Shown: positions 35,175 through 44,525 of the stretch, piece by piece | How the letters are laid out: every line of letters begins with the position of its first letter | How positions within the stretch are numbered: the first letter of the stretch is position 1 | From: Chloroflexota bacterium | GTDB lineage: Bacteria > Chloroflexota > Limnocylindria > Limnocylindrales > CSP1-4 | Length of the DNA: 64,000 nucleotides | Reading direction: 5' to 3' | Assembly (NCBI GenBank): GCA_016191395.1 | Contig: JACPOS010000025.1 | Span: 81,158 to 145,157, forward strand | Notes under the pieces: model-generated | Databases searched by the model: none | The model's input: the letters and a program-made list of their open reading frames with translations, nothing else | Told to the model about the DNA's origin: nothing | Translations under genes and position numbers: made by a program

Positions 35175-35888
35175 TTACGCCGCGGGGTGCGGGAGGCGGA
35201 TCACCTGGCCCGAGTAGATCGCGTTGGAGTCCGTGATCTGTGGGTTCGCGGCGAGGATCGCGGGGACCGTGATGCCGAAGCGGCCGGCGATCGTCGACAG
35301 CCGGTCGCCTGGTTGGATCGTGTACAGCGAGCAGTTCGGGACGGCGTCGCACGGCGGCAGCCGAAGAAATGGGTCGCGGCCCAGGTACAGGATCTCACCG
35401 GCGACGATCGTGCCCGGGTCGGTGATCTCCGGGTTGAGCGCGCGGACGATGGACACGGGGATCGCATAGTGGCTTGCGACGCCGGACAGGCTGTCACCCC
35501 GCTTGATGAGGTACTCGTAGCAGCCAGGGATGTTCGGGCAGCCGGGCAGCGCCGTCAGTGGATCCGGCGAGCCGGCGGGCGTTGGACTCGGCGGGGCGGA
35601 TGACGGCGCGGTCGGTTGGGGCGTCGCCGCCGGCGTGGCGCTGGGCCCCAGGGAGGCCGACGGCGCCAACGTGGACGGCGCGAGCGACGACGGAGCTGAT
35701 GGGACTGGACCTGTGCCCGCGCTCGCCACGGCGACGTCCGAGCCGGACGGCGCGATCGGCATCTGCAGCCCCCCGCGCGCGGCGACGAACGTGATCGCGA
35801 CGATGGCGGATGCAACCACGAACAGCGCCGATGCGAGGACGGCCGGCGTCAGCGTGTGGGGGGCAGGCTGCGCACTCGTGTCGACCAC
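35175..35888 (-). CDS. Membrane-anchored protein with two LysM domains
   Basis: 237 aa. N-terminal TM (LASALFVVASAIVAITFV), a Pro/Ser/Ala-rich linker and two LysM repeats (YLIKRGDSLSGVASHYAIPVSIVRALNP...; YTIQPGDRLSTIAGRFGITVPAILAANP...). GTG start with a GGAGGG SD. Rare TAA stop. Confidence 0.85.
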   Translation of the reverse strand: MVDTSAQPAPHTLTPAVLASALFVVASAIVAITFVAARGGLQMPIAPSGSDVAVASAGTGPVPSAPSSLAPSTLAPSASLGPSATPAATPQPTAPSSAPPSPTPAGSPDPLTALPGCPNIPGCYEYLIKRGDSLSGVASHYAIPVSIVRALNPEITDPGTIVAGEILYLGRDPFLRLPPCDAVPNCSLYTIQPGDRLSTIAGRFGITVPAILAANPQITDSNAIYSGQVIRLPHPAA

Positions 35889-35956
35889 TTCCCTCCTCGT
35901 CTCGGCTGGCCGCGGACTCTAGTACCTTTTCATGGTGGTCGCGCCATTGCGCCCGA

Positions 35957-35965
35957 TGCTAGGCT
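35957..35965 (+). promoter_or_regulatory. Candidate extended -10 element TGCTAGGCT for the downstream small gene
   Basis: CCGATGCTAGGCTCCG lies 29 nt upstream of the ATG at 35994. The same CCGATGCTAG core appears in the ftsZ-upstream element. Confidence 0.3.
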
Positions 35966-35993
35966 CCGCCCGACTCTCGTCGGTGCCCAGCCG

Positions 35994-36275
35994 ATGAGCG
36001 ACCGTCAGATCGAGGCGCCCAGTCCGCTCATGGCCCTGCCCCTGCCCGTGGACACCGTCATGCTGCCCGATCCGTCGCACCTCGCGCCGCATCGGATCAA
36101 GCGCTGCACCTTCCGCCGGCTGATCCGGGTGGAGCCGCGTGGCGAGCGACGCTACGACGTGGAGTGCCTGCTTCCGGATCGAAGGCTGGCGATCCCGCTG
36201 GGCGACCTGGACGCTGCCACGCCGATCTGCAACGCGTGCACCGCGGCCCACATCTTCCGACCGGACGAGGACTAG
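35994..36275 (+). CDS. Hypothetical protein (93 aa) with four Cys, including a CNAC pair
   Basis: The internal ATG at 35994 (MSDRQIEAP...) is preferred over the track start. Strong third-position G/C bias by eye. The Cys pattern C-x18-C-x22-CxxC suggests a zinc-ribbon-like fold. No family recognised. Confidence 0.5.
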   Translation: MSDRQIEAPSPLMALPLPVDTVMLPDPSHLAPHRIKRCTFRRLIRVEPRGERRYDVECLLPDRRLAIPLGDLDAATPICNACTAAHIFRPDED

Positions 36276-36308
36276 CCAGGCCGCGCCCGCGCAGGGCCAT
36301 GCAGTCGA

Positions 36309-36524
36309 TCAGGCGCTCGGGTGCGGCGCCTCGCCCTTCGACCTGATCTCGGGCTGGATGATGATCTCGTCCGAGCAGCCGTCGCAGCCGAAGATCCTGG
36401 TGCCCTTGACCCACTGTCGCTCCGGGTCGGCTGCCGCCGCCGACCGCTCCGACCGTTCGACCATCCCCGCGTACTCGCCGTTGCCGTGGCGATGCAGCAG
36501 CCTGATCGCCTGGAAATCCAACAT
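36309..36524 (-). CDS. Hypothetical protein (71 aa), HxH...CDGC
   Basis: ATG start with third-position G/C bias. Convergent with the previous gene. Sequence: MLDFQAIRLLHRHGNGEYAGMVERSERSAAAADPERQWVKGTRIFGCDGCSDEIIIQPEIRSKGEAPHPSA. No family recognised. Confidence 0.45.
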   Translation of the reverse strand: MLDFQAIRLLHRHGNGEYAGMVERSERSAAAADPERQWVKGTRIFGCDGCSDEIIIQPEIRSKGEAPHPSA

Positions 36525-36595
36525 TGGCCGTGACTCCCTGACGCAAACCGGATGAGGGGCGCAGCGTACCAGCGGATCGGCGATCGGCGAAGGGG

Positions 36596-36952
36596 TTTGT
36601 CAGCGAGACGGCCTGTAAGCCGAGTTCTGTGCCGCACCGCCGAAGCGGCACGACGATGGCCATCCATCTGAGGCCGTCGGTTGCCCGACGGCTCATGCGG
36701 CCGACCCGAGGGCTGTGCAGCGCACGTCTTCCCGGCGAACCGGGAGTCGCCCTCCTATTTGGCCTTGCTCCGGGTAGAGCTTGCCGCGTTTCACTCCGGC
36801 GAACGAGTCACCGGCATCGTCACTGTGGCGCTGGTCCTCGCCTCGCGGCGGATGGGTGTTACCCACTACCCTGCGCTGGGGAGCTCGGACTTTCCTCACG
36901 CAGGCGGGGTTGCCCCCGGCTGCGCGCGGCCATCCGGCCGTCTCGCTGACCG
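36596..36952 (-). ncRNA. rnpB: RNase P RNA, bacterial type A
   Basis: The minus strand contains the universal GAGGAAAGTCCGAGCTCC (P4 5' half), GGGTAACACCCA, CAAGGCCAAATAGG and ACAGAACTCGGCTTACAG (P4 3' half). A 15-bp P1 helix forms between GTCAGCGAGACGGCC (36950-36936) and GGCCGTCTCGCTGAC (36613-36599). The ends are approximate, within a few nt. Confidence 0.92.
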
Positions 36953-36959
36953 ATCGAGT

Positions 36960-37808
36960 CTAGCCGACGGTCTGGGGAGCCTTATCGCGAACGAGGCGGG
37001 CCGGCTCGAGCGCTGTCCGCTGACCCCTGTTGCGGAGTGCCTTCTGCAGCGCGACGTCGTGGGCGTGCTGCTCGACCGAATCATCGAGCGGCTCGAGTTC
37101 CACTGGCCGGCCCAGACGTCGCTCGAGGGCGATTCGGATCAGCTGATCCGCCAGCCACGGGTTCTTGGGCAGGACCGGACCGTGGAGGTACGTCGCGTAC
37201 ACGTGCCCCCGGACGGCCCCCTCCGTGCCGTCTCGTCCGTTGTTTCCGGCGCCGGCGATCATCATGCCGAGGGGTTGGGCGTCCGGCCCGAGCTCAGTCT
37301 GCCCGGAGTGGTTCTCGAAGCCGACGATCGTGCCCCGCCGGCCGTCGATCGTGACGTCCACGGCCGCGTGCTGCATGAACCGCTGGGGCCCGCCGCGGGT
37401 CTCGAGATCGAGGACGGCCGCTCCCTCCATGGGCGGCCCGTCCGACGGGACGTAGCGGGCGCCGAGGAGCTGGAGTCCCGCACACACCGCGAAGATGACC
37501 ACGCCCTGGTCCGCGGCCTCTCGGAGGGACGGCGCCTTGAGGCCCAGGTCCGCGGCAACGATCTCCATCTCGACGTCCTGCCCACCGTGGAACAGGACGA
37601 TGTCGAAGGTCGAGAAGTCCGGTCGATCCCCGGCATCGATCGAGACCGCCAAGGTCGGGATGCCCCGCCAGGCACAGCGTTGCTGGATGGCCATGAGGTT
37701 GCCGCCGTCCCCGGCGACGTTGAGGAGCGATGGGTACAGGTGGGCGATTCGCAGGGTCGGCCAGTCACCCTGCATCGGCGCTGTCGGAGCCTCGAGGGTC
37801 GTGGTCAC
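36960..37808 (-). CDS. gatD: Lipid II isoglutaminyl synthase, glutamine amidotransferase subunit GatD (CobB/CobQ-like GATase)
   Basis: LRIAHLYPSLLNVAGDGGNLMAI, catalytic Cys context IFAVCAGLQLLG and the HG..LPKNP tail. Lies directly downstream of murT. GTG at 37808 has GGGAGG 7 nt upstream. Alternative starts are TTG 37838 and ATG 37775. Confidence 0.85.
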   Translation of the reverse strand: MTTTLEAPTAPMQGDWPTLRIAHLYPSLLNVAGDGGNLMAIQQRCAWRGIPTLAVSIDAGDRPDFSTFDIVLFHGGQDVEMEIVAADLGLKAPSLREAADQGVVIFAVCAGLQLLGARYVPSDGPPMEGAAVLDLETRGGPQRFMQHAAVDVTIDGRRGTIVGFENHSGQTELGPDAQPLGMMIAGAGNNGRDGTEGAVRGHVYATYLHGPVLPKNPWLADQLIRIALERRLGRPVELEPLDDSVEQHAHDVALQKALRNRGQRTALEPARLVRDKAPQTVG

Positions 37809-37810
37809 TG

Positions 37811-39307
37811 TCAGACCTCCCAATACGGGCCAACCCAACCTCGCTTGCGCATCTCCTCGCGCAGCTCGATGGTCGGCGTATAGCCTGCCAGCACGGTCAA
37901 CGTCCCACCGGGCTCGATCCCTGCCAAGGCGGCGTCGAGCGCGGCGGGGCGATCCCGCACCACGGTCATCCTGGCCGGGTCGACGCCCGCGTACTTCAGG
38001 CGGTTCGCAAGCTCATCGGCTCGCAGGCCCGAGACCGTCACGCGCTCGACGTTCGGCGCGGCCGCCTCGAAATCGACGTCCCAGAGCCAGGCGAAGTCCT
38101 CGCCGTCGACGAGCGTGTTGCTTGCAGCCACCAGCAGCTGCCGGGGCAGGCCCTCCGTGGCCAGCGCCCGGAGCGTCGTGTTGAACGACGTCGGGTTCTT
38201 CGCAAACCCGAGCACGATGCGCCGGTCGCCGGCCACGATCCGTTCGAGCCGGCCAAATGCCGGCCCGACGGTCGCAAGGGCGGCGGCTGCATGCTCCAGC
38301 GGGACACCGAGACCGATCGAGATCGCGATGGCAGCGGCCGCGTCGTAGGCGATGTGCACGCCCGACTGCGGAACGCTGATGTCCAGGTCTCCGACCGGTG
38401 TGCGCACGTGGAACCGCGTCGCGTCGAGGCCATCGACCTCGAGCGCAGTGACCGCGACATCCACGGCAGGCCGGGCCAGCCCGCAGGATGGGCAGTGCCA
38501 GGCGCCCATGTGCGACAGATAGACGTGGTCGTAGACGAGGTCCGCCCGGCAACGCGGGCATCGGATCGTGTCGGCAGCCCGCGTGATCCGGTCGGTATCG
38601 TGGTCGAGGTCGAGGCCGAACGTGACCCGTCGCCCGGCGTGCCCGGCTCCGAGACCGGCAACGATCGGATCGTCCGCGTTGACGCACAGCGCACAGTCGG
38701 AACCGAGGCCGCGGGCAACCGCCTCGAAGGCGTCGGCCACCGCGTAGATCTCGCCGTACCGATCGAGTTGGTCCCGGAACAGGTCTGTCACGAGGACCGC
38801 ACTCGGTTTCAGCTCCTCGACGAGCAACGGCAGGGCGCCCTCATCGATCTCGATGACCATCACCCGACGCGGGGTCCGTCCACGGAGGTCTGCCGCACCG
38901 ACTGCCAACGACGTGACCCCCTGGACGAGGTTCGCCCCCGCGCGGTTGTGATCGACCGGATAGCCGGCCGCCCGAATCAGCGCCGCCGTGAATCGGGCCG
39001 TGGTCGTCTTCCCGTTGCTGCCCGTGACCGCGACGACCGGGATGTTCTGCGCCGCGACGAGGCTTGCGAGGATGGTGGGGTCGACGCGCCTGGCAACCAT
39101 GCCCGGCAAGGAGGTACCGCCGCCGCGACCCAGGACCCGGGACGCGACTGCGGCGCCCTTCCCGGCCATGAGCGCGGCGAACCGACGTGGCGTCAGGGTC
39201 GGAGCCTGGCGTCGGGCCGGAATCCGGAACGGCGGGATGGTCGCGCCCGTCCGCGATCCCGGAGAGGCAGTCGCCGTTGCTCGCCTGCGGCCTGTTCCGG
39301 TCACCAT
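37811..39307 (-). CDS. murT: Lipid II isoglutaminyl synthase, Mur-ligase-like subunit MurT
   Basis: P-loop VTGSNGKTTT, DEGA, the Cys4 ribbon CPRC...CPSC and a DUF1727-like C-terminus (DGEDFAWLWDVDFE). Start at 39307 is plausible but unverified. Confidence 0.85.
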   Translation of the reverse strand: MVTGTGRRRATATASPGSRTGATIPPFRIPARRQAPTLTPRRFAALMAGKGAAVASRVLGRGGGTSLPGMVARRVDPTILASLVAAQNIPVVAVTGSNGKTTTARFTAALIRAAGYPVDHNRAGANLVQGVTSLAVGAADLRGRTPRRVMVIEIDEGALPLLVEELKPSAVLVTDLFRDQLDRYGEIYAVADAFEAVARGLGSDCALCVNADDPIVAGLGAGHAGRRVTFGLDLDHDTDRITRAADTIRCPRCRADLVYDHVYLSHMGAWHCPSCGLARPAVDVAVTALEVDGLDATRFHVRTPVGDLDISVPQSGVHIAYDAAAAIAISIGLGVPLEHAAAALATVGPAFGRLERIVAGDRRIVLGFAKNPTSFNTTLRALATEGLPRQLLVAASNTLVDGEDFAWLWDVDFEAAAPNVERVTVSGLRADELANRLKYAGVDPARMTVVRDRPAALDAALAGIEPGGTLTVLAGYTPTIELREEMRKRGWVGPYWEV

Positions 39308-39371
39308 CGCTGAAGGATAAACGCCCCCGACCGTTTCGCCGTCGATGGGCCATGGCGACGGTGCGCGGCGC

Positions 39372-39953
39372 CTAGCGAGCGGCAGGTCGGCGCACTACGG
39401 ACGCCGGGCCGCCCGCCATGGCGCGGTCGATCGCCTCGTTGCACATCGCGTCGGCGAGGGAGTTCTGGGCCCTGGGCACGTGCGCCGCGGTCCAGCCGTC
39501 GGGGAGCTGCCGGAGCAGCTTGAGCGCCTCGGCCCACAGGACCCGGAGCTTCGGGTCCTTCACCCGCCAGCGGCCGGAGATCTGCTCGACGATCAGCTTG
39601 GAGTCCAGCAGGAGCTCGAGCCGCCGCGCTCCAAGCTCCAGGCCCAGGCCCACCGCCCGGACCACCGCGGTGTACTCCGCCACGTTGTTCGTCTGGACCC
39701 CGAGGAAGTCGGAGATCGAGGCGTCCGGCGCGGCGCGATGGTTGCGCGCGTCCGGTCGCGCGAGCGAGAGCAGGACCGCGCCCGCCGAGGCGGGGCCGGG
39801 ATTGCCGCGCGCCGCGCCGTCGGTGCGTACGACGAAGCCACGGATCGATGTCGACGGCGCGGCAGCCAGCTTCGCGCTGCGCGATCGGGACTCGGGCAGA
39901 TCGTCCGGTTCGGGCTCGTCGTCGAAGCCCAGCGTCAGCGGCGGCTCACGCAC
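39372..39953 (-). CDS. rnhA: Ribonuclease HI-type protein
   Basis: RNase H fold motifs TDGAARGNPGPASAG, TNNVAEYTAV, DSKLIVEQ and HVPRAQNSLAD. The GTG at 39953, 8 nt after the sdhB stop, is preferred. The track ORF start (40124) would overlap sdhB by 160 nt. Confidence 0.7.
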   Translation of the reverse strand: MREPPLTLGFDDEPEPDDLPESRSRSAKLAAAPSTSIRGFVVRTDGAARGNPGPASAGAVLLSLARPDARNHRAAPDASISDFLGVQTNNVAEYTAVVRAVGLGLELGARRLELLLDSKLIVEQISGRWRVKDPKLRVLWAEALKLLRQLPDGWTAAHVPRAQNSLADAMCNEAIDRAMAGGPASVVRRPAAR

Positions 39954-39963
39954 CCTTGCCGGA

Positions 39964-40818
39964 TCAGCCTTCCGAGGTCGGCTTGTCGCCCTTCGCGGCC
40001 GCCGGGGCATCGGACGCCGATCCGCCCTGGAGCATCGGCAGAGGCGTGCCGGCGGCACCGGCCGCGGGCTTGCCGCGGAGCTTGCGCCAGGCCCACTGGA
40101 TGGGGTCGTAGAACTCGTCCGCAACGCGCTCCTTGAGCGGGATGATGGCGTTGTCCGTGATCTTGATGTGCTCCGGGCAGACCTCGGTACAGCACTTCGT
40201 GATGTTGCAGTAGCCGATGTTGCCGGTGTCCTTGAGGTAGCCGCGACGGTCGCCCTCGTCGATCGGGTGCATCTCCAGGCCAGCCGTGCGCACGAGGAAT
40301 CGAGGGCCCATGAACGGCTTCTCGGTCTCGTGGTTGCGCAGCACGTGGCAGACGTCCTGGCACAGGAAGCACTCGATGCACTTCCGGTATTCCTGGACGC
40401 GCTCGATGTCCTGCTGCTGCCAGCGCCACTCCTCCTGCGGCAACCCGGCCGGCGGGGTGAAGGCCTGGATGGACTTGTTGACCTCGTAGTTCCAGGACAC
40501 GTCGCTGACGAGGTCGCGCACGAGCGGGAACGAGCGCATCGGCTCCACCGTGATCGGCTCGTCGAGATCCAGGTCGGAGATGCGGGTCTTGCACATCAGG
40601 CGGGGCTTGCCGTTCACCTCGCCGCTGCACGAGCCGCACTTCGCGGCCTTGCAGTTCCAGCGGACGGCGAGATCCGGCGCGGCATTGCCCTGGATCCAGT
40701 GGAGGGCGTCGAGGATCACCATCCCCTCCTCCACCGGCACGTCGAACTCGTCGTACCGGGTGGCGCCCCCGGGCTCGCCGCGGAACACCTTGAGGTGGGC
40801 GATGTGGGCTTCGGTCAT
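39964..40818 (-). CDS. sdhB: Succinate dehydrogenase/fumarate reductase iron-sulfur subunit
   Basis: Three Cys clusters: CKAAKCGSCSGEVNGKPRLMC (2Fe-2S), CIECFLCQDVC and CNITKCCTEVCP. Confidence 0.95.
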   Translation of the reverse strand: MTEAHIAHLKVFRGEPGGATRYDEFDVPVEEGMVILDALHWIQGNAAPDLAVRWNCKAAKCGSCSGEVNGKPRLMCKTRISDLDLDEPITVEPMRSFPLVRDLVSDVSWNYEVNKSIQAFTPPAGLPQEEWRWQQQDIERVQEYRKCIECFLCQDVCHVLRNHETEKPFMGPRFLVRTAGLEMHPIDEGDRRGYLKDTGNIGYCNITKCCTEVCPEHIKITDNAIIPLKERVADEFYDPIQWAWRKLRGKPAAGAAGTPLPMLQGGSASDAPAAAKGDKPTSEG

Positions 40819-40843
40819 CGATCGCTCCCGGTCATCGTGGCCA

Positions 40844-42655
40844 TCAGTGTGCGCCGCCCAGCAGGGCGCGCAGCTCGTCCGACATCGCCGGCAGCTCGGT
40901 GGTGGCGACCTCCATGGAGCCGTCGGCGCGCCGGCGGACGACCCCGTTGCGGTCGCCCCAGCCCGCCTGGTCCGTCTCGGGGAAGTCGAGGCGGCTGTGT
41001 GCGCCGCGGCTCTCGGTGCGCTGGAGGGCGCTCCGGGTGATCGCCTCGGACACGATCAGCAGATTCCGAAGCTCGAACACGAGGTTCCAGCCCGGGTTGT
41101 AGACGCGGCCACCGCGCACCGCGAGGTTCGGCAGGCGGGCGCGAAGCTTCGCGATCTCCCCGATCGCCTCCTGGAGATCCCCGTCCACCCGGAAGATGCC
41201 GACGAGGCGGCCCATCATCTCCTGGAGCTCGCGCTGGAGCGCGTACGGGTCCTCGCCTGCGCCACGCTCGAGCGGCGCCGCGAGCTCGCGCTCGGACGTG
41301 CTGACCTGCACCGGATCGACGTATGGCTGGTCCCTGCGTCCCTTGGCATGAGCCGCCGCGCCGGCGCCGGTGCGGGCGCCGAACACCAGCAGGTCGGAGA
41401 GCGAGTTGCCGCCGAGCCGGTTGGCACCGTGCATGCCGCCGGCGCACTCGCCCGCCGCGAACAGGCCGGACACCGTGCTCTCGCCGGTCTCGGCGTCCAC
41501 GCGGATGCCACCCATCACGTAATGGGTGGTGGGGCCGACCTCCATCGGTCCCTTCGTGATGTCGACGTCCGCGAGCTCCTTGAACTGGTCGTACATGGAC
41601 GGGAGCTTTCGACGCACGTGGTCCGCGGGCAGGTAGCTGATGTCCAGGAACACGCCGCCGTGCGGCGTGCCGCGGCCCTCCTTGACCTCCGTGTAGATCG
41701 CGCGGGACACGTTGTCGCGCGTGGACAGCTCCGGTGGGCGACGCGCGTCGCTGGTCTGGCCCTTCGAGGCTGCCTCCACCCAGCGCTTGGCCTCCTCGTC
41801 GGTCGCCGCGTACTCGTTGCGGCGTTCCTCCGGCAGGTACTTCCACATGAACCGCTCGCCGTCCTTGTTGCGCAGGATCCCGCCCTCGCCGCGAACCGCC
41901 TCCGTGACGAGCAGGCCCTTCACGCCGGGCGGCCAGACCATGCCCGTCGGGTGGAACTGGACGAACTCCATGTCGATGAGCTCGGCGCCGGCGTCGTACG
42001 CAAGCGCGTGACCGTCGCCGCTGTACTCCCATGAGTTCGAGGTCACGGTGTAGGCCTTGCCGATCCCGCCGGTGGCGAGGACCACGGCCTTGGCCGGGAA
42101 GAGCACCGGCGCGCCCGTGGTGCGCCAGTACCCGAACGCCCCGGCGACGCCGTTCGCGCCCGTGATCACCTTGGTGATCGTGCACTCCATGAACACGTCG
42201 ATCCCGGACGACACCGCCCGGTCCTGGAGCGTCCGGATCATCTCGAGGCCGGTCCGGTCGCCGACGTGCGCAAGACGGGGGTGCGAGTGCCCGCCGAACG
42301 GTCGCTGGAGGATCCGGCCGTCCTGCGTCCGGTCGAAGACCGCGCCCCACAGCTCCAGCTCGCGGACACGGTCGGGCGCCTCCTGGGCGTGGAGCTGGGC
42401 CATCCGGGGGTTGTTGAGCAGCTTGCCGCCGACCATCGTGTCCCGGAAGTGGGTCTGCCACTTGTCCAGCGGGTCCACGTGGCCCATCGCGGCAGCGACG
42501 CCGCCCTCGGCCATGACCGTGTGGGCCTTGCCGAGCAGCGACTTGCACACGAGGCCCACCTTCGCGCCGGCCGCCTGGGCCTCGATCGCCGCCCGCAGCC
42601 CGGCGCCGCCGGCGCCGACGACCAGGACGTCGACCGGATGGGTCTCGATGGGCAT
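40844..42655 (-). CDS. sdhA: Succinate dehydrogenase/fumarate reductase flavoprotein subunit
   Basis: The real start is ATG at 42655 (MPIETHPVDVLVVGAGGAGLRAA). The FAD-histidine context is KAHTVMAEGG. The track ORF is extended 61 codons upstream. Confidence 0.95.
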   Translation of the reverse strand: MPIETHPVDVLVVGAGGAGLRAAIEAQAAGAKVGLVCKSLLGKAHTVMAEGGVAAAMGHVDPLDKWQTHFRDTMVGGKLLNNPRMAQLHAQEAPDRVRELELWGAVFDRTQDGRILQRPFGGHSHPRLAHVGDRTGLEMIRTLQDRAVSSGIDVFMECTITKVITGANGVAGAFGYWRTTGAPVLFPAKAVVLATGGIGKAYTVTSNSWEYSGDGHALAYDAGAELIDMEFVQFHPTGMVWPPGVKGLLVTEAVRGEGGILRNKDGERFMWKYLPEERRNEYAATDEEAKRWVEAASKGQTSDARRPPELSTRDNVSRAIYTEVKEGRGTPHGGVFLDISYLPADHVRRKLPSMYDQFKELADVDITKGPMEVGPTTHYVMGGIRVDAETGESTVSGLFAAGECAGGMHGANRLGGNSLSDLLVFGARTGAGAAAHAKGRRDQPYVDPVQVSTSERELAAPLERGAGEDPYALQRELQEMMGRLVGIFRVDGDLQEAIGEIAKLRARLPNLAVRGGRVYNPGWNLVFELRNLLIVSEAITRSALQRTESRGAHSRLDFPETDQAGWGDRNGVVRRRADGSMEVATTELPAMSDELRALLGGAH

Positions 42656-42669
42656 CGAACGGCCGGCCG

Positions 42670-43491
42670 CTAGAACCGGATCGCCGGGTCGGTGAGCACC
42701 CCGGTCACGAGCAGGCGGACGTACAGGTCCGCCAGGGTCACGGTGACGAGGCTGGTCCAGGCCCACCACATGTGGTTGCGGTTGAGGTCGGTCAGACGCT
42801 CCCAGAGCGTGTGCCGGATGCGCCGGGCTCGCGTGCACGAGAAGCAGTCAATGCGCCCGCCGATGACGTGGCGCAGCGAGTGGCAAGACAGTGAGTAGCC
42901 GGTGAGCAGCGTCGTGTTGACCAGGAAGAGCACGCCCCCGAGGCCGATCCGCGGGTGCGCCACGCCGGCCGCGTCCCAGTTGCCGAATGCCCGGATCACG
43001 TCGATCCACAGGAAGAACAGCGGGATGAACGCGAGGTACATGGCGTAGCGATGCAGGTTCTGGAGGATGAACGGGAACGCGTTCTCCAGCGCGAACCTGC
43101 GGTGGATCGTTGGCTCGCCCACGGCGCAGCCGGGCGGATCGGCGAAGTAGAAGCGGTAGTACGCCTTGCGGTAGTAGTAGCAGGTGGCGCGGAAGCCGAT
43201 CGGGATCCACAGGATGAGCAGGCCGGGGCTCAGCCACGAGGGCATGTTCGGGAACAGGATCAGCGGCGAGAACAGCGGCGAGAGGTAGCCGTCCGCCTCG
43301 TAGCCGGTGTGGAAGAGCGGCTCCCAGATCACGCCGCTGACCAGCAGGTACGTGGCGCAGATGGTGAACAGCACGCCCTGGACGATCGGGTAGGCGGCCC
43401 ACCTGTCACGGCGCTTCGTCTTCCCGAATCCCTGGGGGGCCGTGCCCCGCGGCTTGCGGAGTGCTCTGAGGACCGCCGACTGGCCGGTCAC
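42670..43491 (-). CDS. Succinate dehydrogenase membrane anchor, single large subunit type (resembles the mycobacterial Sdh1 anchor, from memory)
   Basis: 273 aa, multi-pass, rich in His, Trp and Tyr. It sits directly upstream of sdhA-sdhB with a GTGA overlap to icd. It does not look like the small SdhC/SdhD pair. Confidence 0.75.
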   Translation of the reverse strand: MTGQSAVLRALRKPRGTAPQGFGKTKRRDRWAAYPIVQGVLFTICATYLLVSGVIWEPLFHTGYEADGYLSPLFSPLILFPNMPSWLSPGLLILWIPIGFRATCYYYRKAYYRFYFADPPGCAVGEPTIHRRFALENAFPFILQNLHRYAMYLAFIPLFFLWIDVIRAFGNWDAAGVAHPRIGLGGVLFLVNTTLLTGYSLSCHSLRHVIGGRIDCFSCTRARRIRHTLWERLTDLNRNHMWWAWTSLVTVTLADLYVRLLVTGVLTDPAIRF

Positions 43492-44519
43492 GCGCGGGCG
43501 CTCGCCGGCGCGGCGGACCCGAGCGCCTCGATCACCGCATCCGCGAACTGGCTGGTGCCGGCATCGCCCCCGAGGTCATACGTGGTCCTGCGACCCTCGG
43601 CGACGACCGCCCGAACCGCGCCCTCCACCCGCTCCCCCGCCTCGACGAAGCCCATGTGCCGGAGCATCAGCGCGCCGGACAGGATCAGGGCGGTGGGATT
43701 GGCCTTGTTGAGCCCGGCGTACTTCGGCGCAGAGCCGTGGACCGGCTCGAACACGGCGCCGTCCTCGCCGATGTTCGCGCCCGGCGCGACGCCCAGGCCG
43801 CCGACGAGGCCCGCGCACAGGTCGCTCACGATGTCGCCGTACAGGTTCGGAAGCACGAGCACGTCGTACAGGTCCGGCTTCTGGACCAGCTGCATGCACA
43901 TGTTGTCGACGATGCGGTCCTCGAACTCGATCCGGCCCTCGTAGCCCGCGGCAACCGTTCGGCACGACTCCAGGAACAGCCCGTCCGAGAGCTTCATGAT
44001 GTTCGCCTTGTGCACGGCGGTCACCTTCCGCCTGCCGTTCGCGACCGCGTACTCGAACGCGAACCGAGCGATCCGCTCCGAGGCGGCCCTCGTGATGATC
44101 TTGATGCTCTCGGCGGCATCCGGGCCGACCATGTGCTCGATACCGGCGTACAGGTCCTCGGTGTTCTCGCGCACGATCACGAGGTCCACGTCCTCGTACC
44201 GGCTCTGGACACCCACCATGGACCGTGCGGGCCGGAGGTTCGCGTACAGCTTCAGCGCCTGGCGGAGCGCGACGTTCACGCTCCTGAAGCCGGAGCCGAC
44301 CGGGGTGGTGATGGGGCCCTTGAGCGCGATCTTGTTGCGCCGGATGGACTCCAGGACGCGGTCAGGGAGCGGTGTCCCCTCCTTGGCGATGGTCGCCTCG
44401 CCCGCCTCCTGGACCTCCCACTCGAAGGCGATGCCCGTGGCGTCGAGGACGCGGGTCGTCGCCTCCGCCAGCTCCGGGCCGATCCCGTCGCCGGGGATGA
44501 GGGTGATGCGGTGGGGCAT
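43488..44519 (-). CDS. icd: Isocitrate dehydrogenase, NAD-dependent-type member of the isocitrate/isopropylmalate dehydrogenase family
   Basis: 343 aa. [44 protein letters not shown] and [19 protein letters not shown]. Context is with sdh genes. Cofactor and substrate specificity are inferred only. Confidence 0.8.
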   Translation of the reverse strand: MPHRITLIPGDGIGPELAEATTRVLDATGIAFEWEVQEAGEATIAKEGTPLPDRVLESIRRNKIALKGPITTPVGSGFRSVNVALRQALKLYANLRPARSMVGVQSRYEDVDLVIVRENTEDLYAGIEHMVGPDAAESIKIITRAASERIARFAFEYAVANGRRKVTAVHKANIMKLSDGLFLESCRTVAAGYEGRIEFEDRIVDNMCMQLVQKPDLYDVLVLPNLYGDIVSDLCAGLVGGLGVAPGANIGEDGAVFEPVHGSAPKYAGLNKANPTALILSGALMLRHMGFVEAGERVEGAVRAVVAEGRRTTYDLGGDAGTSQFADAVIEALGSAAPASARA

Positions 44520-44525
44520 GCGCGC

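Noticed and set aside
35889-35993. c-di-AMP (ydaO-type) riboswitch upstream of the LysM protein gene
   Set aside because: The spacer is only 105 nt, and none of the conserved ydaO core sequences is visible.
36629-37883. Plus-strand ORFs 36629-36949 and 36681-37883, and minus-strand ORF 36097-36696
   Set aside because: They run across RNase P RNA and antisense to gatD. The RNA assignment is supported by universal P4 motifs and a 15-bp P1 helix.
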